Shown: piece by piece, positions 51,059 through 61,264 of the stretch
Position numbering within the stretch: position 1 is the first letter of the stretch
Layout: the number at the start of each line of letters is the position of its first letter
From: an uncultured Nitrososphaerota archaeon
GTDB lineage: Archaea > Thermoproteota > Nitrososphaeria > Nitrososphaerales > Gagatemarchaeaceae
Assembly: GCA_963718895.1 (NCBI GenBank)
Contig: CAVRAG010000008.1
Span: forward strand, 352,001 to 416,000
DNA length: 64,000 bases
Direction: 5' to 3'
Position numbers and translations under genes: made by a program
The notes under the pieces: model-generated
The model's input: the letters and a program-made list of their open reading frames with translations, nothing else
What the model was told of the DNA's origin: nothing
Database searches by the model: none

Positions 51059-52048
51059 TTAAGCGTGTGATTGGTCGAGGCCCTTCGCCCTCAGCCAGTC
51101 GTCGTTGTAGAACTTCGACACGTACCCCCTGCCCGTGTCGGGAAGTATCACGACGATCTCCTCTAGGGACCCGTTGGCGCTTGCGAACCTCAGAGCACCT
51201 GCGACAGCGGCCCCGGATGAACCTCCCGCGAATATCCCCTCCTCTCGCGCAAGCCTTAGGGTGACTGCGGCAGTCTCCCTGTCGGAGACCTGGATTATCT
51301 GATCCACCACGCTCTCGTCGTAGGTCGCGGGGATGAAGTCCTCTCCGATTCCCTCGACGGCGTACTGATGGAGCGGGTAGTCGGTTCCGTACTTCTTGTT
51401 GTGGTAGATTGAGCCCTCGGGCTCGACCCCGACTATTCTCACGTCCCCTCTCACCTCCTTGAGAAACCGACCCGCCCCGGAGATTGTGCCCCCCGTGCCG
51501 ACGCAGACGACCAGGGCGTCGATTCTCCCGCCAGTCTGCTCCCATATCTCAGGGCCGGTCGTCGCGTAGTGCGCTTCGGGGTTCCCTGGGTTCGTGTACT
51601 GGTCCGGCATATAGGCACCCTGGACTTCCTTGCTCAGGCGCCGCGCGACGTTGATGTAGTGTTCGGGCGAGTCGTGAGCGGCTCCGGTCGGCGTCACTAT
51701 CACCTCGGCGCCGAATGCCCGGAGGATGGCCCGCTTCTCCTCGCTGACCTTGTCGGGCATGGTGAAGATCGTCTTGTAGCCCCGCACCGCCGCCAGCATC
51801 GCGAGACCGAACCCCGTGTTCCCGGAGGTCGGCTCCACTATCGTGCCACCCTCTCTGAGCAGTCCCTTTGCTTCGGCGTCCTTGACGAGGAAGGAGGCTA
51901 TCCTGTCCTTGACCGAGCCTCCCGGGTTCATGAACTCGAGCTTGGCGAACAGGTGGGGCCTCAGGCCTTTGCCGACCTTCCCGAGTCGGACCATCGGCGT
52001 GTGGCCGATCACTCCGAGGATGTCCTCTGCAGGTCTGAATCCGTCCAT
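51059..52048 (-). CDS. Cystathionine beta-synthase / cysteine synthase family
   Basis: NPGGSVKDR, EPTSGNTG, GTGGT and VEGIGEDF motifs. Confidence 0.9.
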   Translation of the reverse strand: MDGFRPAEDILGVIGHTPMVRLGKVGKGLRPHLFAKLEFMNPGGSVKDRIASFLVKDAEAKGLLREGGTIVEPTSGNTGFGLAMLAAVRGYKTIFTMPDKVSEEKRAILRAFGAEVIVTPTGAAHDSPEHYINVARRLSKEVQGAYMPDQYTNPGNPEAHYATTGPEIWEQTGGRIDALVVCVGTGGTISGAGRFLKEVRGDVRIVGVEPEGSIYHNKKYGTDYPLHQYAVEGIGEDFIPATYDESVVDQIIQVSDRETAAVTLRLAREEGIFAGGSSGAAVAGALRFASANGSLEEIVVILPDTGRGYVSKFYNDDWLRAKGLDQSHA

Positions 52049-52151
52049 CTTGCAGCCTTCGCCGCGGCGGTCGTCTATTAACGGTTCGGCTCCGTCGGGA
52101 AGAAATCTCGCAGACGATTTATAAACGGGCCCGGGCTGCACAGGTTCGGCC

Positions 52152-53082
52152 TTGGCGGTCATAGAAGTCTCCTCCTTGAAGAAGGCCTATGGCAGCCTCC
52201 AGGCGGTCGACTCGATATCGTTCACGGTCAACGAGGGGGAGGTCTTCTCTCTTCTCGGTCCCAACGGGGCCGGGAAGACGACTACCATCGAGATACTCGA
52301 AGGCCTCAGAGAGAGGGACGGAGGCCAGGTCAGCGTGCTGGGACTCGACCCATGGAAGGAAGGCGAGGCGCTCCACAAGCGAATAGGGGTGATCCCCCAA
52401 GGCTTTACCTTCCTGCCCTACATCACGCCGAGAGAGGCCGTGAAATACTACGCTAGTCTCTTCGACGTGGCCGTCGACCCAGACGAGATACTTCGGAGGG
52501 TGATCCTGCAGGACTCCGCGTCGATGTACTTCATGAAGCTCTCGGGAGGCCAGAAGCAGAAGATGGGGCTCGCCCTCTCCCTCGTGAACAAGCCCGACTT
52601 CGTCTTCCTGGACGAGCCGACCACCGGTCTGGACCCGCAGGCGAGGAGGGCCGTGTGGGATGTGATAAGGAACCTCAAGAGCGAGGGGATCAGCGTCCTC
52701 CTGACGACTCACTATCTCGAGGAGGCAGAGGAGCTGGCGGACAAGGTCGCCATAATGAACAAGGGGAAGATAATCACCGCGGGCACTCCGGCCCAGATAA
52801 TCTCTGAGCACGGCTCTGGAGAGAAGATCAAGGTTCGGGGCGGCCAAAGCCTGGCAGACTACCTGAAGAAGAACACCGGCCTCGAGGTGGATCTTCTGGA
52901 CAAGACGATAACCGTGAGGCTCAAGAACAAGGAGGACACTCTGCTGGTCCTGGAGGCCATCGGCAGGTCGGGAGAGAGTTGGAGCGACCTGACTGTGACG
53001 CCGCGACAGCCTCGAGGACGTCTTCGTGAGGCTGGTCGGCTCAAGGATAAGCGAGGAGGGGCAGGCGGCCCAGGTGAACTAA
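52152..53082 (+). CDS. ABC-2 exporter ATP-binding protein (frameshift near 53000)
   Basis: GPNGAGKT, LSGGQ and LDEPT motifs; SLEDVF tail is in the shifted frame. Confidence 0.9.
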
Positions 53083-54174
53083 ATGGGCGGCGCAAAGAGA
53101 TTCTGGGCGGACCTGGTAACCTTCGCGCACAGCTACACTCGCAGCAGGATAGGGCTTTTCTTCGGCCTCGCGTTCCCGGTCATCCTGATCCTGCTCTTCG
53201 GCGCCATCTTCTCGGGGAACGGCTCCGGAACGGCACAGGTCTACGCCCAGAACCTTGACAACGGGCCGGTCGGCTCCGAGTTTCTGGGAGTGCTGAACCA
53301 GACCGGCTTGCAGATCACGCTAGTCCCGAGCAGCCAGAACTTCTCCCAGTACCTCCTGTCCCACTCATCCTCGGATGGGTTGGTGATCCCGTCCACCTTC
53401 AGCGCGGCGTACGCCTCAGGGTCTCCCGTGAACCTGACGGAGTACTGGAACCCGTCCTCATCGACGAGCCAAATCGTCTTCGGCGTGACCAACGGCGTCG
53501 TCAACGCCTTCAACCTCCACCGGGTAAACGGAACACAGGTCTTGAGCGTCAATCGTCTGACCATCGCCTCTCAGTCCTACAAGTACATCGACTTCCTCAT
53601 ACCCGGGATGATAGGGTTCGCCATTCTGGTCAGCCCGATGTTTGCACTCGTCAATATCAGCAGCCAGTACAAGCGGGACAAGATATTCAAGCAGCTCTCC
53701 CTCACCCCCCTGACCAAGACCGACTGGCTACTGGCCAAGATAGGCTTCTACATCATCATGACCCTAGCGTCCTTCGTGCTGATGTCAGCGTTCGGGGTCC
53801 TGGCCTTCGGGGCGCACATCACGCTCACGCCATGGATCATCCCGTTCCTGCTCATCGGTCCGTTCCTGTTCGTCTCCCTCGGCATGCTCGTCGGGACAGT
53901 CTCCACCAGCGTCGAGTCAGCGGCGGTCGTCGGCAATCTGATTACATTCCCCATGATGTTCCTCTCCGGGACTTTCTTCCCTGTCAACACCATGCCGACG
54001 TACCTGCAGAACGTGGCGCACATCCTGCCCCTATTCTATGTGATAGAGGGTCTGAACAACGTGATGATCTACGGGAACTACAACGCTGCGATCACCGACA
54101 TCGCCGTCCTTGTGGTGATCTCGGCAGTTGTCTTCTTCCTCGCGGTACGATTCTTCAAGTGGCGCGAGGACTAG
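53083..54174 (+). CDS. ABC-2 exporter permease
   Basis: YIDFLIPG and PMMFLSGTFFP motifs. Confidence 0.9.
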   Translation: MGGAKRFWADLVTFAHSYTRSRIGLFFGLAFPVILILLFGAIFSGNGSGTAQVYAQNLDNGPVGSEFLGVLNQTGLQITLVPSSQNFSQYLLSHSSSDGLVIPSTFSAAYASGSPVNLTEYWNPSSSTSQIVFGVTNGVVNAFNLHRVNGTQVLSVNRLTIASQSYKYIDFLIPGMIGFAILVSPMFALVNISSQYKRDKIFKQLSLTPLTKTDWLLAKIGFYIIMTLASFVLMSAFGVLAFGAHITLTPWIIPFLLIGPFLFVSLGMLVGTVSTSVESAAVVGNLITFPMMFLSGTFFPVNTMPTYLQNVAHILPLFYVIEGLNNVMIYGNYNAAITDIAVLVVISAVVFFLAVRFFKWRED

Positions 54175-54247
54175 GCGTTCCAGCCAGAGCGGAACGATTA
54201 CCCCCAGAAAGCCATTATACCGAATCGAGACTGGTCGAGACGAGCGA

Positions 54248-54335
54248 GCGGGGGTCGCCCAGCCTGGCCAACGGCGCGGGGCTTAGGACCCCGTCCCTTA
54301 GGGGTTCGTGGGTTCGAATCCCACCCCCCGCACCA
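54248..54335 (+). tRNA. tRNA-Leu (anticodon TAG), encoded CCA
   Basis: GCGGGGG/CCCCCGC acceptor stem, CGGGG-CTTAGGA-CCCCG anticodon arm, long variable arm, GTTCGAATC T-loop. Confidence 0.95.
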
Positions 54336-54597
54336 CACGCCATGTGTACATCCGTATCAAAAGGTCTACACATAGTTTCTGGCTTTGCCGAACCTTCATG
54401 AAGGTGGCTTGATACCTCGTATCGTGGTGCGTCGTTGAACATTGCGTGCGCATCTCTGTGGCTTGCAGACTCAACTCATAGATCGTCGAACTCTTGAGCG
54501 GCTACTCACACTTCCAATTAAGATGGTGCATGAAATCATACAATCGGCTAGAGAATTCTCGGAAGGAACGGATGAAAACGGCAAAGGAGGTTGCTCG

Positions 54598-55362
54598 CTA
54601 CCCAGCGTTGAAGGGAAGCAACACCATATCTCCCCATTCGTCGACACCGACTATTGTGTACAATCCCGGGTCGAAGGGATGAAAGGTTCCGGGGTGTGAG
54701 TAGCTTCCCGTCCAGTATCCATTGGTCGTTAGGGTTCCACTTACAGCGAGGAATTCAGTTATATTCGGCCCCGGCTGAGCATATTCGCTGGTCGGTTTGA
54801 ACAAATAATATCCGGCGCTGAAAGGACCACAGCCTGCAGTGCCTGTGAGAGGAGCAAGGAAAAGTGATCCGGATGACGCGGAAGAGATATTGTCCTGCGT
54901 GTAGTATCCCCTGAGCAACGTGACGCCTCCAGGGAAGATGCATTCCAAAGCAGGCACCAGAGTGAGGTTAGCCTCAGGCCAGCGCCAGTCCGAGCCGATT
55001 GAGATGTTGTTCTCAGAGTGGAGCGTATTGATAACTTCCACCCCGATGATAATCTCCTGTCCCGTGTTGATTTCCGTGGCGTTGACGGAGAGGGACAGTC
55101 GCAACCCCAACCCATCCAGGAGACTGGCGTTCTCGGAGTTGCCGGTGAGTGAAGTTGTCTGCGTGGTCGTGAACCCGGTTGAGGTCTTCTGGGATGTCTC
55201 TGTCGAGGATGGGGTCGTTCTGAGAGAAGTCGTCGAAGAGCTCGTCGTTGGTGACGGGCTCGAATCGGATACTGTCGGAGGTACATTATTCGGCAGAGCA
55301 ACCGTGACTAGAAGTATGAGAGCGGCTAGCACGACCGCGACTACTACGTAGGGCAGCTTCAT
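54598..55362 (-). CDS. Membrane-anchored or secreted Ser/Thr-rich protein
   Basis: N-terminal TM helix, S/T linker, C-terminal PGLYTIVGVDEWG. Confidence 0.7.
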   Translation of the reverse strand: MKLPYVVVAVVLAALILLVTVALPNNVPPTVSDSSPSPTTSSSTTSLRTTPSSTETSQKTSTGFTTTQTTSLTGNSENASLLDGLGLRLSLSVNATEINTGQEIIIGVEVINTLHSENNISIGSDWRWPEANLTLVPALECIFPGGVTLLRGYYTQDNISSASSGSLFLAPLTGTAGCGPFSAGYYLFKPTSEYAQPGPNITEFLAVSGTLTTNGYWTGSYSHPGTFHPFDPGLYTIVGVDEWGDMVLLPFNAG

Positions 55363-56510
55363 GTACCCTGGCCAGTGTTGTATGTCTCGCTAAACGAATT
55401 CGAAGATCCGACCGCTGTCGTGTTTATGTTGGTGTAGCCGCTGTTCTTCATCACATATTGGGTGTACCAACCATTGGAATATGGTGTGTAGATGCCTTTG
55501 GCGGACCCTCCGTAGTACATGCTCCCGGAGACGGCGACCGTCGTGAACTTGGGCAGCGTCGCGAAGGATAGGCCCTCGCTTGGCCTCTCCAGCAAGAACT
55601 CAGCCAGACGAGGTGTTCCAATTCCGCTGTCGGCGTGACCCGTTACAGTGCACGACTGGTCGATTGTGCTGTCCGTTATCTCCAAGTTCCATAGCGATGT
55701 ATTTCCTCCGGTTATTCCTTGGTTGAGGACATAGGCCTCGATGGAATCGCCGGATCCCGAATGGCTGTTGCATATGATTCTCATCCCTTCTTGGGGATAG
55801 AACTCATACCACATGTTGTACCCTGCTATGCAACTCACCGAGCCACAGGTGAGGTTTGATTCGGTACCAGCTTGGGCCACCCCCGTTCCACCACCGGTTG
55901 TACGTACGAGTCCCGGCCAGACGAGGACACTGCAGATTAGGCCTCCCGTGCAGGCTCCACTATAGGGCTGGCTGACCGAGGGAATCGACCAGTCAGCAAT
56001 GCCCTCATAGACATACGTTGTGTCGTCAGCGTTCCCTGCCATCTCGTAGCCAGACCAATAGGTATTGGTCGTGGCAGTGCCGGAACTAACTTGGATTGAG
56101 ACGCCCACTACTTGATTGGCTTCCGGATTCTCGCGCACAATAACGTAGCCGGCATTTTCCGTCGCATTTCGGAGTTGGAATACGATGTTCACTGCCGTTA
56201 AGGCTACGTGGCAGCTGGAGTCGAACGACCATGAATCGAAAACGCTGTCAAATGACGCCTTGTAAGTTACGGTGACACTGGAGAATTGCCAAGATCCTTC
56301 AGCAAGGAGGACAGCAGAGCCTTGCTGAAATGATTGCGCCTCGATGTTCGCAGCTTGCGAGATTTGTTGCGCACATCCTGTCAACTGACTCTGCGTCTGC
56401 TCTGCGGAAGCTGTCCCCCCGCCCATGGTCGGGGTGAGTAGGAAAAGGGCCAATAGGCATGCACCAAGCGTTCTCCTTGCGTACCTATCTAGGTTGACCT
56501 TCCCTATCAT
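55359..56510 (-). CDS. G1-family glutamic endopeptidase with signal peptide and long N-terminal extension
   Basis: WSGY, WPGL, QAGT, WYEFYP and AEFLLER motifs (Q/E dyad). Confidence 0.8.
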   Translation of the reverse strand: MIGKVNLDRYARRTLGACLLALFLLTPTMGGGTASAEQTQSQLTGCAQQISQAANIEAQSFQQGSAVLLAEGSWQFSSVTVTYKASFDSVFDSWSFDSSCHVALTAVNIVFQLRNATENAGYVIVRENPEANQVVGVSIQVSSGTATTNTYWSGYEMAGNADDTTYVYEGIADWSIPSVSQPYSGACTGGLICSVLVWPGLVRTTGGGTGVAQAGTESNLTCGSVSCIAGYNMWYEFYPQEGMRIICNSHSGSGDSIEAYVLNQGITGGNTSLWNLEITDSTIDQSCTVTGHADSGIGTPRLAEFLLERPSEGLSFATLPKFTTVAVSGSMYYGGSAKGIYTPYSNGWYTQYVMKNSGYTNINTTAVGSSNSFSETYNTGQGT

Positions 56511-57056
56511 AGAAATGAATATGCGTCTCCGTTCTTAAATGGATTGTCCATATGGAATGCTTATTCGTTCGTGGAAAGATAACGCGTGCCCCGCAAGTCG
56601 AGTTGCCGATAGCCCCGTTTGGGCTTATCCCCGGAAATACAATCAAATGTTGGCCAATCATCTGTACTCACGAACCGCCTGCTAGAACTTCCCCTGTTGA
56701 TTATTGATTAGGAGCCAGAAACTGCTTCCAAATCTACGTCCCATCATCGGCCGCGGCAACCAGTTCTCAAACCCATGTATCATTGCGAATTCAGCCTTTG
56801 ACTATAGGTCGAAGTACATGTGTACCAAAAGGTCTACATATAATTCCCGGGTATCTGTCCCTATACAAGTAGAATTCATGTCAGGCCAACGGTTAGGGTC
56901 CGAAGGGACTCGAAACCCCTCGGCAGACTGCCATAGCTTCGAACCCGAAGGTCTAAATTCTCACCCCCCGCACCAAGACCCACATCGCACGGAACTGTGC
57001 CGCCCTCTGAGCCCCGCGACCTTGCCGTCGCTCGAGTCCGACCTTAGAACACCGGT

Positions 57057-57257
57057 CTACTTCATCGACTTTGCGTAGTCGATCATTCCCTGGAAGACAA
57101 CGACGACCTCTGGTTCCTTTCCCACCACCCAAGCGTCGTGACCAGGTGGCACGAATGAAATCTCTCCCGCCTTTACATCCTTGGTGGTACCGTCGTCCAT
57201 CTTGATCCGCAACGTCCCGGCCGGGTGATGCTGGAAGCGCGGCGCTTCGCAACTTTC
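57057..57257 (-). pseudogene. 5'-truncated cupin remnant
   Basis: ESCEAPRFQHHPAGTLRIKMDDG...PPGHDAWVVGKEP...FQGMIDYAKSMK*; no N-terminal half. Confidence 0.7.
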
Positions 57258-57492
57258 GGGCTCCTGAACTAGAGGAACGGGCCGAATCTCACTCGGGCGC
57301 TGGACTCACGGCATCCTGGCTTGGGCAAGGGGGACGGGATACGGGGACAGGAGGGGGCTGGACGATCTGGTGAGAGAAAAGCTTGGCCGGCCATCACCTG
57401 CTGAGCGGGGTCGACGGGACCTCAATGTGCTTCGAGGCCGAGAGGTCTGTGACCAGAAGACTCATATTTTGAGCTCGGTCGAACTGGTACCG

Positions 57493-57966
57493 ATGCACTA
57501 CTACACGGTGCACTACAGGTTCAGCCAGAGCTTTCCTTTTCCGGTGAAGGACGCCTACGACTGGGCAACGGACTACGACACCGACGACATCGGCCTCATG
57601 GGCATGGACGGGAAGCGCGAGATAGAGAGGTTAGACGGGGACACCCTGATCCTCAACGACACGTTCTTCTCCAAAGGCCGGACCACCAAGAAACGCAGGC
57701 TGGTCAGGCTCTTTCCAGAGCTGATGATGCTGACCAACACGCGTCTCACGGGCGCAATCAAGCACTCGCAGTTCATCTATCAGTTCGTCGCAGAGGGGGA
57801 TTCCCGGTCCCGTCTCGACTTCACGGGGGCTCAGGTAAACAGGTCTTCGACCCGACCCACGGCGAAGAAGGTAGCGGCCCAGGCCGCCGAGTATGCCAAG
57901 GTCGACTCGGCGCTCTGGGTCAACCTCGCGAAGGCGATGCAGGAGGACCTCGGCGCGGCGCCGTGA
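57493..57966 (+). CDS. Hypothetical protein, possibly SRPBCC/START-like
   Basis: AYDWATDY near the N-terminus and a C-terminal helix WVNLAKAMQED. Confidence 0.6.
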   Translation: MHYYTVHYRFSQSFPFPVKDAYDWATDYDTDDIGLMGMDGKREIERLDGDTLILNDTFFSKGRTTKKRRLVRLFPELMMLTNTRLTGAIKHSQFIYQFVAEGDSRSRLDFTGAQVNRSSTRPTAKKVAAQAAEYAKVDSALWVNLAKAMQEDLGAAP

Positions 57967-59770
57967 CGTTGTACATCACGAAGCCCAGGGCCGACGAATA
58001 GCCCTCTATCCTGTTCTGAAGTTTGACCAGGCCGTGCCCTTCGTCGTCGAACGCGATGAGGTGGGATTCCCTGCCCAGGTTCTGCATCGTCTGCATGATC
58101 TGACCCGCCTCGCCTATGGGGACGCGAGGGTCGTTCCGTCCGTGGATCATGAAGAGGGGGGCCCTGATGAGGTGCGCGTTGTTGTTGGGTGAGATGGACT
58201 CGAGGAACTCACGGTCCTTCTCAGGGTCGCCGTACTCGGCAATCCTGAGCTTGCGCCGCCAGGGTCCCGTGTTGTTGAGGAAGGTCACGAAGTTGGAGAT
58301 GCCCACGATGTCGACGCCGGCGGCCCACATTTCAGGGTAGGCGTAGAGGCAGGCGAGCACCATGAAGCCGCCGTACGACCCTCCCCACGCGACCACCTCA
58401 TCTGGGTCGATCGGGGTCAGCCTCTGCGCCTCGGCGACCGCGGCGACAGAATCCTTCACCGTATCCATCCGCTTCCGGACGTCGTCAAGGTGGGTGAACG
58501 TCCGACCGTATCCCGTGCTGCCTCTGAAGTTCGGGGCAACGACGGCGAATCCGAGCCGGATGAAGAACTGTATCAGAGGGCTGAACCCGGGTCTGAACTG
58601 GCTCTCGGGTCCGCCGTGGAGGTAGAGAAGGAGGGGCCGCTGGCCCTCTCCCGACGGCCTGTAGAGGAAGGCTGGTATCGACAGACCGTCGAACGAGCTG
58701 TACCTCACCAGCTGCGCGTCGACGAATTCGGAGTCCGGGATGCCGCAGGAAGAGCTCTTGGTCAGCCGCTTGAGCGAGCCGGTGGAGACGTCCAGGATCC
58801 AGACGTCGGGATTCGTTCTGGACGAAGAGAGAGTTAGGGCCAGTCTGTCTCCCCCGTTCGACCATGCGAGACCGCCGATAACGGACTTTGGGACCGTGAT
58901 CGGAACAGGCGCATCCTCACCCTTCTTCCAGACCATCAGACGTGAGTACCCGTCCTCGTTCACCGTGAAAGCGAGCGCGCCTCCCCTCTGCGCGACCGAG
59001 AGGCCCTCCAGTTCCCATTCCTCGGTGTAGACGTACCCCAAGGACCCGTCGCCCAGGTCGATCTTAGCGAGCCCCGGAAATTCCCTCCCCTGGTCGGTAA
59101 TGCAGTAGACGTACCGGCCGGAGGGGTCGAAGGCGGGCGAAAGGTAGCTGGCCTCATCTTCGTGGGGGGTCAGAAGCCGGACTGATCGATCCTTCAGGCT
59201 CAGGAGGTAGAGGTCATGGTTGAAGGGGCCGAGCATCCGGGAGAACAGTATCGAAGACGAGTCGGGAGACCACCCGATCGGGTAGTTGTTCCCGTCATGG
59301 GAATAGACGAGCTCGGAGGACTCGGCTGTGAGGGACCTTGTGTAGATGTCGAAGAAGGACCTGTCCCTCGCGTTGGATGAGAAGCATATCGACTTCTCGT
59401 CCGGGGACCAGTCGCCCCAGTTGTGGACGACGCCGGGATCCTTCGTGAGCTCGGTGAGCTTCTCGCCGCCCTCCTCGAGCAGGTTGATCTGGAACCTCTC
59501 GTTCCCGCCCGAGTCGACGCCGAAGGCGATGGTCTCACTCCTCTTCGCGTAGCTCAGGAACCCCACCCTCTCCTGTCCTAGGCTGATTTGCTGGGGCCAG
59601 GCACCGTCCTCCAGCGACACAGTCCAGATCTGCGGGACTCCGGTCAGGTCCGACAGGAACGCTACCCTTTGATCGTCGGGGGAGAACTGTGCCGAGGACG
59701 ATGACTTGATTGAGAGGTATCTCTGCAACTCGTACCTGAGCTTCTGAAGAGCCGGGGAGGGGGTCTCCAC
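57920..59770 (-). CDS. S9-family peptidase (beta-propeller plus hydrolase)
   Basis: HGGPE, GGSYGG, NDPRV and EGHG motifs. Confidence 0.93.
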   Translation of the reverse strand: METPSPALQKLRYELQRYLSIKSSSSAQFSPDDQRVAFLSDLTGVPQIWTVSLEDGAWPQQISLGQERVGFLSYAKRSETIAFGVDSGGNERFQINLLEEGGEKLTELTKDPGVVHNWGDWSPDEKSICFSSNARDRSFFDIYTRSLTAESSELVYSHDGNNYPIGWSPDSSSILFSRMLGPFNHDLYLLSLKDRSVRLLTPHEDEASYLSPAFDPSGRYVYCITDQGREFPGLAKIDLGDGSLGYVYTEEWELEGLSVAQRGGALAFTVNEDGYSRLMVWKKGEDAPVPITVPKSVIGGLAWSNGGDRLALTLSSSRTNPDVWILDVSTGSLKRLTKSSSCGIPDSEFVDAQLVRYSSFDGLSIPAFLYRPSGEGQRPLLLYLHGGPESQFRPGFSPLIQFFIRLGFAVVAPNFRGSTGYGRTFTHLDDVRKRMDTVKDSVAAVAEAQRLTPIDPDEVVAWGGSYGGFMVLACLYAYPEMWAAGVDIVGISNFVTFLNNTGPWRRKLRIAEYGDPEKDREFLESISPNNNAHLIRAPLFMIHGRNDPRVPIGEAGQIMQTMQNLGRESHLIAFDDEGHGLVKLQNRIEGYSSALGFVMYNVTAPRRGPPASPSRG

Positions 59771-59964
59771 GCTGCACGGGGGCCGTGTCCGGCTCTTAAG
59801 ATTGAGCAGGAGTACGGCAGGACCGCGTGCCGTTCAGACTAGCGCGAGACGGGAAGGCTGCGCGGCCATGGGGGAGGACCCACATGATCGATGCCCAGCC
59901 TCTCAGGGGTCCGACGGCGTGGACACGTTGAAATATCAGGTCACAGCCTGAACCAAAGTTCAGC

Positions 59965-60774
59965 ATGTCCGAAGGTGCAGAGCTCCCAGGGGAGAGTCAG
60001 AACGTCCCGGTCGTCTTCTCTCGAGACATCGTGCTCTTCCCGCACATGGAGGTCACGCTTCCGATAACCGAGAAGCGCAGCGCCGATGCGGTCCTTCGCG
60101 CGCTTAGGGAGAACCATCTCGTTGCTTTCGTACCCTCAGACTTCGAGGGCACGAGCGAAGGGATAGGGACGCTTTCGCTTCTGACCCACAGCGAGACGAC
60201 ACAGGGAGGCGTCCAGGTCAACCTGAGGGGTCTCTGGCGCGTCAGAGTCACGAACCCGCGGGGCCTGGACTCGGAGCAGGTCGTGCGGATCGAGAGGGTA
60301 GAGGAGAGTGAGGATGCCGCCGAGGGCCCGAATCTGATGCGGAGGGTGCAGAGCCAGATATCAGAGCTCGGTGAGATTCTTCCCGAGATCCCTCCAGAGA
60401 TACTCGCACTCCTCAAGAACGCGAAGACGCCTTCTGAGCTCTCCGACCTCTGCGCCATGTCGCCTGCCCTGAGCCACGACGAGAGAGTGGGCCTGCTCAG
60501 GACTCTGGATCCACAAGAGAGGCTCAAGTCTGTAAACAGACACCTAGACACCCAGTTGGAGGTGCTCAGGGCGCTCGCCGAGAGCAAGCCCATCGCCGAC
60601 TGCGAGGTTTGCACCGACCTGGCAGACAGAGCCTTCGACGCGGACCCCACGACCAGGGGGCAGCTGATAATGGAGTTCCTTAACCACGTGGTCAGCAGCC
60701 ACACCGCAGAGCTCCTCGGACTTCTCGCCGAGAAGTACGGCCCGGTCTTCATGAAGAAGCGGTCGCTCCGATAG
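59965..60774 (+). CDS. Lon N-terminal-domain protein lacking AAA+ and protease domains
   Basis: DIVLFPHM, GLWRV and LLRTLDPQERL motifs; CxxC/His tail. Confidence 0.75.
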   Translation: MSEGAELPGESQNVPVVFSRDIVLFPHMEVTLPITEKRSADAVLRALRENHLVAFVPSDFEGTSEGIGTLSLLTHSETTQGGVQVNLRGLWRVRVTNPRGLDSEQVVRIERVEESEDAAEGPNLMRRVQSQISELGEILPEIPPEILALLKNAKTPSELSDLCAMSPALSHDERVGLLRTLDPQERLKSVNRHLDTQLEVLRALAESKPIADCEVCTDLADRAFDADPTTRGQLIMEFLNHVVSSHTAELLGLLAEKYGPVFMKKRSLR

Positions 60775-60800
60775 TTCCGCCCGTCCTCCGGTGCGGGCAG

Positions 60801-61225
60801 TCAGGGGGGCTCGGTCTCGAGGTCGAGCGCGTCGAGCTCCTTCCCGAACCCCCAACTGCGGGCTAGTTCGTCGGCCTCTCTTTCTCTGACCTGGGACTCC
60901 TCGGGAGAGACGTGCTCGTTGAGCCACGCGTGCGCCAGCTCGTGGGCAATGACACCAACCGAGGCCTTCTCCGAGAGCTGTTCCAGAAGGTCGGTGTAGA
61001 AGGTTATGGACTGCACCCCCTCGTCGGTCGCCTTTGCCGAAGGAGAGCTCGCCCCACCTCGTGAGACCGACGAGACCCGGCCTCGGCCCCTTCCGCTTCA
61101 GACTCACCCTCCTCACGCTGCGAAGGGGCGGCGTCTCCGGAGGTATGCTGGCGACCGCTCGCGTCGAAGAGTTCGAGGAACGGGCCGTCCGAGATGCGGA
61201 CATCCGCACTCCCAAGAAAGGGCAT
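60801..61225 (-). CDS. Minimal HEXXH zincin-like protein (frameshifted, start uncertain)
   Basis: VIAHELAH...EREAD...WGF; N-terminal part lies in other frames. Confidence 0.6.
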
Positions 61226-61264
61226 ACCGAGGCGCACCTTCCGAAGCCCCCTCACGTCGATCGA

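Larger units (their letters stand above)
54336..56975. mobile_element. Lower-GC island integrated at the tRNA-Leu 3' end, without integrase
   Basis: 14-bp tRNA end CACCCCCCGCACCA (54322-54335) recurs at 56962-56975; composition shifts visibly. Confidence 0.75.

Noticed and set aside
54380-54597. Integrase remnant next to tRNA-Leu
   Set aside because: I could not read any tyrosine-recombinase motif in these frames.
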